Assembly (NCBI GenBank): GCA_937891195.1
Contig: CALAFJ010000017.1
Span: forward strand, 6,770-70,769
Reading direction: 5' to 3'
Length of the DNA: 64,000 nucleotides
DNA from: an uncultured Clostridia bacterium
GTDB lineage: Bacteria; Bacillota; Clostridia; Oscillospirales; Acutalibacteraceae
Below are positions 18,644-27,042 of this stretch, one piece after another. Every line of letters begins with the position of its first letter. Within the stretch, counting starts at the first letter, position 1. Made by a program: the position numbers and the translations under genes. The notes under the pieces were generated by a model. The model was not told the origin of the DNA, made no database searches, and was given only the letters and a program-made list of their open reading frames with translations.

Positions 18644-19411
18644 TCATATGTTCACCGTCAAACCATCATACGCCAGGTGCAACCCTTCTGCCCGCAGGAA
18701 TGCTTCGGTTTCGGCATGGCTTTTATGGAGCGAGGGCGCAATATGGGAAAGCCAAACCTGTGTGTGCTCGTCGATCACCCCGAAATTCCGAAGCGAGGGC
18801 AACATCAGACGAATCATGGGAATGCTATTGTGTTCCGCCATACGATAGTCTCCGGTATAATCTCCCACCGTGCCGTCGAGGATCATCATATCCAGATGCT
18901 TGTCTTTCAAAAAGTAATAGGTATCCGTTAAAAGCCACGCACCGTCGCAGCCATAAAAGACGCGTTTATGCCCGTCCTCGATATAGTAATGCAGTGGGTA
19001 GCCGGTATGATTTGCGTCCAGAGGGGTGATCTCATACGCGCCGAGCTTGACGGAGCGCAGCGCGGTAAGTCCGATGACCTCGCAATGCTTGAGCGAACAG
19101 GCGCTTGCCGCGGAGCTGTGGATCCAAACGCGCAATTTTTCATTGCGCGGGGCGGCGGCGATTTTTTCGATCTCATCCGGCAGAAAGTGATCTTGATGCG
19201 TGTGCGTGATGAGAATGTCGGTGATATCGGAAAGCGGCACGCCCAAAATCCCCAGCGATCCAACCGTATGATATCCGCAATCAATCTGTATATGCCGATC
19301 CAACAACAGTCCGGAGCTGCGGCGGGCATCCTTCCCGAATGTATGGGCATAGGTCGTTTTCAACAGCGGCGAAAAATCTGCGGCGCTGGTTCCTGTAAAT
19401 ATAAGTTCCAT
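18644..19411 (-). CDS. MBL-fold metallo-hydrolase
   Basis: The HTHQDH metal-binding motif (ILITHTHQDHF) is present, with later conserved His/Asp residues. The product is 255 aa. Confidence 0.8.
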   Translation of the reverse strand: MELIFTGTSAADFSPLLKTTYAHTFGKDARRSSGLLLDRHIQIDCGYHTVGSLGILGVPLSDITDILITHTHQDHFLPDEIEKIAAAPRNEKLRVWIHSSAASACSLKHCEVIGLTALRSVKLGAYEITPLDANHTGYPLHYYIEDGHKRVFYGCDGAWLLTDTYYFLKDKHLDMMILDGTVGDYTGDYRMAEHNSIPMIRLMLPSLRNFGVIDEHTQVWLSHIAPSLHKSHAETEAFLRAEGLHLAYDGLTVNI

Positions 19412-19417
19412 ACAATC

Positions 19418-21517
19418 TCAACCTTGTGTGGTATTTTTTGTTTTTTCGAGCCAACAGAGCACATACGACGCAAAGCAATGATCGCAGCTGGCGCTGGGAT
19501 CGGTATTTTCCCAGAGCGTTCCGGTCCGCTGTGCCATATAACCGAAAAATCCGACGATGTTCTGAAGGACTTCTTCCCGTAGGCCCGCCCGCATCAAGAT
19601 TTCCAGGCGGAGATAATTGCCGATAAACGCATTGGCGGGAGCAATTTCGGGATATTCCGTATCCCGATTTCGTCCGGGGCCGAATTTGCGGATCAAGGTT
19701 TCAAACAGCTCGCGGTCACGCGCGGGCGTTGCCACCCCGAAAAAGAAGGCATAATATTGACAGACCTCTGTTCTGTCGGGCATAGCGTTCAGGACACCGT
19801 TTTCCCGCAGGGCATGGTCGCGGAAAAACGTACCGTCAAACGATTGGCGATACACGGTGCGGCGGATTGTCTCGGCCTTTTCCGCCAGCTCCGGCATATG
19901 GTACAGCTCGGAGATCGCGCCAAGCATGGCGGAATACAGCATATTGGAGGGGTAATTGACGCCGTCGGTCAGATCGTTCGCCCGCGACCATTCCACAAAA
20001 ACCCAGCTCTCGAGATTTTCCAGCAGTCCGTCGCTGTTTTCAAAACGGCGGAAGTATTGCAGCAGCCCCAACGCCTTTGGCCGGAAGCGTTCGACCAGTT
20101 CCCGGTCTCCGGAACGGTCAAGATATTCGCGCAGCTCCAGGAAAAGCCACATGGCCCAGTTGGGAATAAAGGAATGGGGCGTATGATCCGCCGGGTAGCA
20201 CATCGGCAGCATACCGTCCGGAAGATTCACATAGGTTTCTTCACAAAGAAAATTCTCCAGAAAATCGTGTTCCACCGACGTTTCGCCGCAAAGGAGGTAT
20301 TCGGTCCGTCCCGAGAAAAAGCTGTCGCAAAGCCAGCCGGCCCGCTCGCGGGACGGGCAGTCCATAAACAGATCCACGCTGCCCTGACGGAACGTTTCAA
20401 CAGCCGCATCCGCGATCCGGCGGATCGCGGGATCATCAAATGTGGGCACGTGTTTCAGCGGAGGATGCTTATATTCGATCATGGAAAGCTCAATGTCCGC
20501 ATCCCCGCCGCACACCGCCGCCTGGATGTATTTGCAGGTATAGACCTCGAAGAATCGCAACCGCCTCTCGCCGGCCGGCAGATCGAAGATCGCTGCGTTG
20601 CAGCAGCCCCCGCGCAGATAATCCACCCGGTTGCCGTCGCTCAATATCTCATCGAACATTATGTACAGCCGGAGCGGGCGCTGTGCCTTTATGTGGATTT
20701 CAATCATGCCGGTGGCATTATACGGCAGCTCATAAATTCCGTAGGCGCCGTCCGAAAGCGTTTTGACTTCGTTTGCAGTCGGGGTGGAAAGCTGCAGCTT
20801 TTCGCATTCCTCGGTGATCATCAGATCCGGATGCGCAAACAGATACGCGGCCTGCTCGGGCTTTGCCACCAGCGCATCGAATGCGCCGTTGCGCCAGTAG
20901 CTTTCACGCGGCGAAAGCGAAAATTCGCCGCCGAAGATTTTCTTTGCCGCCGTTCTTTCATACAACGGATACGGCGTATGCCGCTGTAAATACCGGGGCT
21001 GCGCCATGGGGGAGAGCGGTTCGGCGCCCGGTGTTGCGTCGGTGAAATATGCATCCTCCGCTTGGATGCGATAAGATTCCGCGAAGGGACGCTGGAAGCT
21101 GTACCGCTGTATTTTCTGAATATACTCCGGGTTGATACGCGCCGTAAAATCTTTGCCGGTATAGGCTGCCACCTGCCCGTCCGCCGACAATTCCGCCGTC
21201 AAAAAGGAATCCTGCTGCATCAGGTAATAGCTCCGCGCGTTATACCCGCAGACCTCGATGATCACCGTGTTCCGTTCCCTGTCCGCAAACCGGGTCAGGT
21301 CGATCTCGTCCACACGGAAAAACCCCCGTCCCCCGCGTGCGGGGCCGTAGCAAACGAATCGGCCGTTTACCGACATCTGGTAAATGCCCGAGGTGGCGAT
21401 CTTGGCGGTAACGGTTTCTCCCTTTCCCAGCATCGCCTTGAATTGGACCCGTAAATTCATTTCCTTTTCCCGGCCCGTTATCCAAACAGGCACCGCTTTT
21501 TCAAAAAAACCACTCAT
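19418..21517 (-). CDS. Alpha-L-rhamnosidase-related (GH78-like) six-hairpin glycosidase
   Basis: The product is 699 aa. DCPSRERAGWLCD resembles the GH78 DCPQRDERLGWTGD motif, and the N-terminal beta-sandwich-like region is typical of this family. The assignment is from memory. Confidence 0.6.
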   Translation of the reverse strand: MSGFFEKAVPVWITGREKEMNLRVQFKAMLGKGETVTAKIATSGIYQMSVNGRFVCYGPARGGRGFFRVDEIDLTRFADRERNTVIIEVCGYNARSYYLMQQDSFLTAELSADGQVAAYTGKDFTARINPEYIQKIQRYSFQRPFAESYRIQAEDAYFTDATPGAEPLSPMAQPRYLQRHTPYPLYERTAAKKIFGGEFSLSPRESYWRNGAFDALVAKPEQAAYLFAHPDLMITEECEKLQLSTPTANEVKTLSDGAYGIYELPYNATGMIEIHIKAQRPLRLYIMFDEILSDGNRVDYLRGGCCNAAIFDLPAGERRLRFFEVYTCKYIQAAVCGGDADIELSMIEYKHPPLKHVPTFDDPAIRRIADAAVETFRQGSVDLFMDCPSRERAGWLCDSFFSGRTEYLLCGETSVEHDFLENFLCEETYVNLPDGMLPMCYPADHTPHSFIPNWAMWLFLELREYLDRSGDRELVERFRPKALGLLQYFRRFENSDGLLENLESWVFVEWSRANDLTDGVNYPSNMLYSAMLGAISELYHMPELAEKAETIRRTVYRQSFDGTFFRDHALRENGVLNAMPDRTEVCQYYAFFFGVATPARDRELFETLIRKFGPGRNRDTEYPEIAPANAFIGNYLRLEILMRAGLREEVLQNIVGFFGYMAQRTGTLWENTDPSASCDHCFASYVLCWLEKTKNTTQG

Positions 21518-21535
21518 GTTATCTCTCCATATCCC

Positions 21536-22574
21536 TTATTTATCAGAGTACATTTCTCTGTACCGTCCGGGGGTGATTCCGCTGTATCGCTTGAAGATTC
21601 GGATAAAGGTGTTGGGGTTTTCATATCCGGTCAGATAGGTAACCTCCTGCACCGATTTTCCGCCGGTCGTCAGCAATTCCTTCACCTTTTCGATGCGCAC
21701 CTTGTGAATATAGTCCAGCAGACCGCTCCCGGTCTTTTTGATGAATTTGGCCGAGAGCGTGCGGGGGTTCTGCTGCATCCGGTCGGCGATAAAGGATACC
21801 GACAGATCGGGGTTGGTGTATTCCTGCTCTACGATCGCGGCGATCTCATCCACAAAATCCACCGTGGTTTTATTGCTTTGTCCCAGCGAAATGATCTGTT
21901 CCAGTGTCTCGTAAAACTGACGTTTCAAGGTCGCCGAATCCCGGCAGTAGAGAATATGATCTATGCGGTCGCTCATGGCGTCGATCAGACCGCTTTTATC
22001 CGAATCGGCGAAGTATTCTCCGCACGTCCTTAAAAGCTCGTAGCATTGCAGGGAAATGAATTCTGCCGAGACACGGCTCCCGTGATTCTTTTTGTCAAAT
22101 ATCCAATCAATCGACTTACGGGCGCCGTCATAATCCCCGGCTTTGATCAGATTCAGAAAATGGAACTTGGATTCGATGATGCGCGCATATTCCGATTGCT
22201 CGTTCCGCTTCCCCGTAATATCCTTAAACAGGCAGACAGACTCCGACGCGTCCAGCGCAAAATCCAGGGCGGCGCAGGCGCGATAATATGAGCGTGCCAC
22301 CGCCGTGAGCCCCTGACTGACGGTGCCGATCCCGGCGCATACCGGATATTCTCCGCGACCCCGTCGTTTCGGGCGGAAAAACATACTCGTTTTCGCGGTT
22401 CACCACGGTGATGTTTTCGTTCAGCGGGAGATTGGAGACCCCCAGCATGGTCCGCAGAGCGGTGCGCTTGAAATTGATGAACATCAGCCCCATGGGGGTC
22501 CCGTCTTTTGTTGAGACGATCTGCCGGACATAGCAGAAGTCGTCCATCTCCCGCTTGCCGAGCTGCTTCTGCAT
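21536..22574 (-). pseudogene. AraC-family regulator, frameshifted and apparently N-terminally truncated
   Basis: The C-terminal HTH_AraC region (LSVSFIADRMQQNPRTLSAKFIKKTGSGLLDYIHKVRIEKVKELL...TGYENPNTFIRIFKRYSGITPGRY) lies in ORF 21536-22384. The upstream sensor-like part (MFINFKRTALRTMLGVSNLPLNENITVVNRENEYVF) lies in a different frame, in ORF 22224-22574. The frame switch is near 22300-22385, next to an A5/T5 run. Confidence 0.65.
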
Positions 22575-22711
22575 TTCTTCACCCCTTCAGACCAAACGAT
22601 CCGGGTATGACCGTTCCGGGAACGGAACGGCTTTCCGTTTTGTTTGTCTCATCCCTTGAAATCCGCCGGACAAGCGACACACCCGAACGGGATCGAGTAT
22701 ACACAGGTATT

Positions 22712-23095
22712 TTACCCTACAATTCCCGATCTTTCAATCCCCTCGGTAAATGTTTTTTGCACGAAGAAATAAATCAGCATCGGCGGCAGGATGACCGGCA
22801 GACAGCCTGCCTGCACACGGATCATGATGAGCTGCTGGTCGCTCAGGGAAACGAACTCGCCGATCGCCATGGAGAGGTGGGATAGCGCGACCGTCAGCGT
22901 GGCGTGCTTATCGGCGAACATACTGTTGAGATAGTAGTCGTTTAATGCCGCCGCCAGCAGCGGAATGAACCGTTCATCGGAAAAGAGAGCGTTTTTGTAG
23001 TAGGTAAGCCCTGCGAACCGGGTGTTTACGCCGCCCTGCACAATTGACATATTGGATCTGGTCGGACTGAATGAAGCGCTCTGAAAGCAGCGCAC
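22712..23095 (-). pseudogene. Possible C-terminal fragment of a sugar ABC-transporter permease
   Basis: The C-terminus LPVILPPMLIYFFVQKTFTEGI..SGIVG resembles the ends of LplB/LplC-type permeases. The upstream part does not look like a membrane protein and no N-terminus is present. Confidence 0.35.
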
Positions 23096-23367
23096 GCCAG
23101 ATATAACGACGGGGCTGTCGCAAGTGAGAGATCACGGGCGACAGCCCCGTTGCTGCTATGCCGCCGGTTGCGCCGGGGATTTGTGCCGCAGGATCATCGG
23201 CGGTGCGGGCATTCTGCGCCTTTTCGTCCTCGGCACAAAGGGCGGAAAGGTGCGGTGGGTGCGGGCTTGCGTCTGCGGGTATGTCGGTAGCCATGGCGAC
23301 GGAATACTGCTACAATGGGCAGGCGGCGCCGCGCAAAGCCGTTTGGCGCGGTTTGGACGGTGCCGCC

Positions 23368-24237
23368 ATGAAAAAATGGAAGGCGGTATACGGGACTGTG
23401 GAAAGAGTGTGGACGGCCGCCGCGACGGCGGCGTATTGGCAGCAACTGATATCGGAGGAAAAAAGCCCCCGGACCATCGAAAAATACCGGCGGGACATTG
23501 GGGTGTTCCGGCGATATGTCGGAAACCGACCCGTCACCAAAGCGCTGGTGTTGGCCTACAAAGCGGAGCTGCAGGCCCGCTATGCCGCCCGCAGCGTCAA
23601 TTCCATGCTGGCAAGCATCAACAGCCTGTTCAGCTTTTTGGGCTGGCACGACCTGCGGGTGAAAGCGCTGAAATGGCAGCAGCCGGTGTTCTGTCCGGAA
23701 GAAAAGGAGCTGACACGGGCGGAATACACCCGGCTGTGCCGGACGGCGGAGCGCAACCGCAACGAGCGGCTCGCGCTCGTCCTGCAAACCATTTGCGGCA
23801 CGGGCATCCGGGTCAGCGAGCTGCAATATATCACCGTGGAGGCGGTAAAACGCAGCGAGGCGGTGGTGAACTGCAAGGCAAAAACCCGGTCGGTGTTTAT
23901 CGTCAAGGAACTGAAACAAAAATTGCTCCGCTATGCAGCGGAGCGGGGGATAAGAACCGGGATGATCTTTGTGACCCGCACGGGGAAACCGGTAAGCCGC
24001 ACCAACATCTGGCGGGAGATGAAAGCCTTGTGCGCCGAGGCGCACGTCGATCCGCAAAAGGTGTTCCCGCATAACCTGCGCCATCTGTTCGCCCGGGTGT
24101 TTTATGGCATCGAAAAGGACATCGCCAAGCTGGCCGATATCCTCGGACACAGCAGCATCAACACCACCCGCATTTATATCATCTCCACCGGCCGGGAACA
24201 TCGGAAGCAGCTGGAAACAATGCGGCTGATATTATGA
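23368..24237 (+). CDS. Small tyrosine site-specific recombinase (XerC/D-like, no arm-binding domain)
   Basis: A core-binding domain (SPRTIEKYRRDIGVFRRYV) is present. The catalytic residues are present: R in GTGIRVSEL, HNLRH (HxxR), and GHSSINTTRIY (H..Y). The start is chosen at MKKWKAV (23368). Confidence 0.87.
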   Translation: MKKWKAVYGTVERVWTAAATAAYWQQLISEEKSPRTIEKYRRDIGVFRRYVGNRPVTKALVLAYKAELQARYAARSVNSMLASINSLFSFLGWHDLRVKALKWQQPVFCPEEKELTRAEYTRLCRTAERNRNERLALVLQTICGTGIRVSELQYITVEAVKRSEAVVNCKAKTRSVFIVKELKQKLLRYAAERGIRTGMIFVTRTGKPVSRTNIWREMKALCAEAHVDPQKVFPHNLRHLFARVFYGIEKDIAKLADILGHSSINTTRIYIISTGREHRKQLETMRLIL

Positions 24238-24263
24238 AAAAAGCCACCGAAACCGGCGGCAGA

Positions 24264-24283
24264 AACATAATTCACATTATGTT
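24264..24283. repeat. Left inverted repeat AACATAATTCACATTATGTT
   Basis: This is the exact reverse complement of 24515-24534. It has 8-bp palindromic arms around an asymmetric TCAC centre. Confidence 0.85.
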
Positions 24284-24329
24284 ATCAATAAGCCGGGACA
24301 AATATCCAAAATATCCCAGCAGCAACTGT

Positions 24330-24358
24330 ATTTTAGCACACCTACGCGCAAAAGTAAA
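24330..24358 (-). promoter_or_regulatory. Candidate sigma-A promoter inside the invertible segment, currently facing left
   Basis: The minus strand reads TTTACT (24358-24353), a 17-nt spacer, then TGC-TAAAAT (24338-24330), which is an extended -10. Confidence 0.45.
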
Positions 24359-24514
24359 GTCTTTTATAATCGAATTTCCCGCTTTTGCGTAAAATCGGCA
24401 ATCTGAATAAGCCCTTTCGGCGGTATCGTCAACGATTTTACCGAGAGAGCTTGTTTTTTGCTGCCTGAATTTCCTGGACACCATCGGAAAATCGTCCGCC
24501 CGTTCGGCGTTTAC

Positions 24515-24534
24515 AACATAATGTGAATTATGTT
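24515..24534. repeat. Right inverted repeat AACATAATGTGAATTATGTT
   Basis: This is the exact reverse complement of 24264-24283, with centre GTGA. Confidence 0.85.
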
Positions 24535-24551
24535 GCAGAGGGGGTGTGGAT

Positions 24552-24680
24552 ATGGAAATGATGTATTGCCCAGTTTGCGGGAAGGTGTTTGATCCGGTTT
24601 TTGTGCAATTCTTAGACAATGGAAACTCTGCTTGTCCGCAGTGTGTGGTGGGTGAGCAAGAACGGGATTGTAAGAAGTAG
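24552..24680 (+). CDS. 42-aa zinc-ribbon peptide (CPVC...CPQC), absent from the supplied ORF track
   Basis: My own translation gives MEMMYCPVCGKVFDPVFVQFLDNGNSACPQCVVGEQERDCKK. A GAGGGGG RBS lies 7-8 nt upstream. It is the first ORF after the right inverted repeat. Confidence 0.5.
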   Translation: MEMMYCPVCGKVFDPVFVQFLDNGNSACPQCVVGEQERDCKK

Positions 24681-24733
24681 ACGTAAAATCTGTCGGGTAT
24701 GCTTGATTCAAAGTTTGAAAGGGGTGAATAGCA

Positions 24734-25375
24734 ATGAACATAAATACTGGAAAAACTAAGAAGTCAACATTGCTGAAATGGAAATCTGTAATGAGAAGGT
24801 TTTTTTCAAAGCACGAGTATATTCCGTATTTGACAGTTTTATTTTTATTTCCGCTTTTGTTAAACATCATTTTTCTTTTAATTCCAACCTCCTTTTTTCG
24901 GATAGAAGAGGGGGAAATGCTTTCATTCTACGGCGTTGCAGCGGGCATTTTTTCCTCGTATATTACCTATCGTAACGCTGTAAGAAAGGAAAAGGAAGAA
25001 AAGAACAGCAGACTTCGACCTTTCATTGGACTGACAGCCAAAAAGGTATTGGACGATATTGTAGAAATTGAACTGACAAGGTATGGGGATGCTGTGGTAA
25101 GAGATGTTTTTCTCTATGACATTCCATTGACGGATATCTTGGAGAATAAATTAAGGCGGAGAGTTTCGTTTCGTGACGACAAAAAAGATGGCGAAACACT
25201 ACATATGTCGCTTTGTGGCTATGATGAGGATCTGATAGACCAAGGAGATGGACTTCCAAAATATATAACGGTATCTTGTTGTGACAGAGAAAATCGACTT
25301 TGGGTACTTGAATATAGAAAACAAACAGATGGAAATGGTTCTATATACATGTTGGCTGAGTCATTTTTAGGATAG
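24734..25375 (+). CDS. Hypothetical membrane protein (2 TM segments plus a soluble C-terminal domain)
   Basis: The hydrophobic segments are YLTVLFLFPLLLNIIFLLIP and LSFYGVAAGIFSSYITY. An AAAGGGGTG RBS is present. The gene is AT-rich and I recognise no family. Confidence 0.6.
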   Translation: MNINTGKTKKSTLLKWKSVMRRFFSKHEYIPYLTVLFLFPLLLNIIFLLIPTSFFRIEEGEMLSFYGVAAGIFSSYITYRNAVRKEKEEKNSRLRPFIGLTAKKVLDDIVEIELTRYGDAVVRDVFLYDIPLTDILENKLRRRVSFRDDKKDGETLHMSLCGYDEDLIDQGDGLPKYITVSCCDRENRLWVLEYRKQTDGNGSIYMLAESFLG

Positions 25376-25385
25376 GAGGGATATT

Positions 25386-27026
25386 ATGAAAAAGGTATTC
25401 GCCATATTTATTTCTTTGCTGATTGTGACCATGTCAATTCCGTTGGGTGGGTTTCAACTGCTTATAAATGCGGCTACTGCCAGCGGTACAACCGGCGATT
25501 GTACGTGGACATTGGATGGAACAGTACTGACTATAAGCGGTAACGGCACAATGCGCAATTATCAGTGGAACGGGAACAATCTTTCACATACACCATGGAG
25601 AGGAAGTATGACGAAAGTTATTATTAAAGACGGTGTAACGAGTATAGGCAATGCCGTTTTTTCCGGTTGTACGGGGCTTACAAGTGTAACGATACCTGGC
25701 AGTGTTACAAATATAGGGGAATATGCTTTTTACGGTTGTACGGGGCTTGTGAGCATAACCATACCCGATAGTATTGTAAGTATAGGTAAATGGGCTTTTA
25801 GTGGTTGCAGAATCAAAGAACTAAATGTTGCGGAAGGCTCAAAAAAGGTGGTCAGCCAAATAATTGTGTGCGAAAGCACACTGGAAAGTGTAACGATGCC
25901 GGACAGCGTTACATGTATAGATGAGGGCGCTTTTACTGATTGTACAGGACTTACAAGTGTAACAATACCGGATAGTGTTACAAGTATAGGCGATAGGGCT
26001 TTTTCCGGCTGCACAGGGCTCAGAAATGTAACGATACCGGATGGCGTTACAAGTGTAAGATATAGGACTTTCTTCGGTTGCACAGGCCTTACGAGCATTA
26101 CCATTCCGGACAGTGTGACTAGCATAGGCAAGGGTGCTTTTGCCAATTGCACAAGACTGAAAAGAGTAGTGATACCAAGCAGGGTAACCAGTATAGACGA
26201 GGCGGCCTTCGCCAACTGCTCGGAACTGAAAAGCGTAATGATGCTGAACGGCGTAACTGGTATAGGCAAGGACGCTTTTCTCGGGTGTACAGGACTGGCG
26301 AGTGTTACTATTCCGGACAGTGTTACAAGCATAAGCGATAAAGCTTTTTCCGGCTGTACAGGACTTACAAGCATAACTATTCCGAACAGCGTAACCAGCG
26401 TAGGCGAGGGCGCTTTTTCCGGCTGTACAGGATTGGCGAGTGTTACTATTCCAGACAGCATTACAAGTATAAGCGATAAGGCTTTTTCTAGTTGCACAGG
26501 ACTTACAAGCATAACTATTCCGAATAGTGTAACCAACATAGGCGAGGATGCTTTTTCCGGCTGTACAGGACTGATAAGCATCACTATCCCGGACGGCGCG
26601 ATCAGCGTAGGCAAGGGCGCGTTTTCCAACTGCACGGGACTGACAAGCGTAACGATACCGGACAGCGTGACAGGACTTAAATGCAGTGTCTTTGATGGCT
26701 GCAATAAACTGAAAGATGTTTACTTTGAAGGAAGTCAGCAAGAATGGGACAATTTTAGGGTGTTTTCGAATACAGTTTCATCTAATCCATTAATGTACGC
26801 ATTTATCCACTTTAATTCAAAATGTATAAATCACCCCGGTAATCTTGATGGCAATTACGTTATCACCGATGCGGATGCGGTATATCTGCTGATGCATACG
26901 TTTTTCCCGGATGACTACCCGGTCAATCAAGATTGTGACTTTGACGGCGATGGAAAAGTGACAGATGCGGATGCCGTATACTTGCTGATGTATACATTTT
27001 TCCCGGATGAATACCCAATACAGTGA
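25386..27026 (+). CDS. Secreted BspA-type leucine-rich-repeat protein with a C-terminal dockerin-like module
   Basis: A signal peptide is followed by about 17 tandem ~23-aa repeats (IPDSVTSIG..AF.GCTGLTSVT). The C-terminus has two EF-hand-like segments, NLDGNYVITDADAVYLLMHTFF and DFDGDGKVTDADAVYLLMYTFF. Confidence 0.85.
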   Translation: MKKVFAIFISLLIVTMSIPLGGFQLLINAATASGTTGDCTWTLDGTVLTISGNGTMRNYQWNGNNLSHTPWRGSMTKVIIKDGVTSIGNAVFSGCTGLTSVTIPGSVTNIGEYAFYGCTGLVSITIPDSIVSIGKWAFSGCRIKELNVAEGSKKVVSQIIVCESTLESVTMPDSVTCIDEGAFTDCTGLTSVTIPDSVTSIGDRAFSGCTGLRNVTIPDGVTSVRYRTFFGCTGLTSITIPDSVTSIGKGAFANCTRLKRVVIPSRVTSIDEAAFANCSELKSVMMLNGVTGIGKDAFLGCTGLASVTIPDSVTSISDKAFSGCTGLTSITIPNSVTSVGEGAFSGCTGLASVTIPDSITSISDKAFSSCTGLTSITIPNSVTNIGEDAFSGCTGLISITIPDGAISVGKGAFSNCTGLTSVTIPDSVTGLKCSVFDGCNKLKDVYFEGSQQEWDNFRVFSNTVSSNPLMYAFIHFNSKCINHPGNLDGNYVITDADAVYLLMHTFFPDDYPVNQDCDFDGDGKVTDADAVYLLMYTFFPDEYPIQ

Positions 27027-27042
27027 AAAGGGAGTTTTGAAA

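Larger units (their letters stand above)
24264..24534. promoter_or_regulatory. Putative recombinase-driven invertible promoter segment (inverton)
   Basis: A 20-bp perfect inverted-repeat pair brackets 231 bp of non-coding DNA. It lies immediately 3-prime of a tyrosine recombinase gene and 17 nt 5-prime of the first start codon of an operon. Confidence 0.55.

Noticed and set aside
23110-23149. A 12-bp perfect-stem hairpin (CGGGGCTGTCGC ... GCGACAGCCCCG) between the permease fragment and the recombinase gene.
   Set aside because: It has no flanking U/A tract on either strand and no second copy in the window. It may mark an island boundary, but I cannot assign a function, so it is mentioned only within the gene-decay finding.
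24272-24619. A 115-aa minus-strand ORF spanning the invertible segment and both repeats.
   Set aside because: It has no RBS and an odd composition, and it runs across both recombination sites. It is more likely a chance ORF in AT-rich non-coding DNA. It could still matter if the segment encoded something, but I see no support.
25386-27026. Regular ~69-bp periodic repeats that could be mistaken for a CRISPR-like or satellite array.
   Set aside because: The periodicity is in frame and encodes 23-aa leucine-rich repeats of a secreted protein. There are no unique spacers, no leader and no cas genes.
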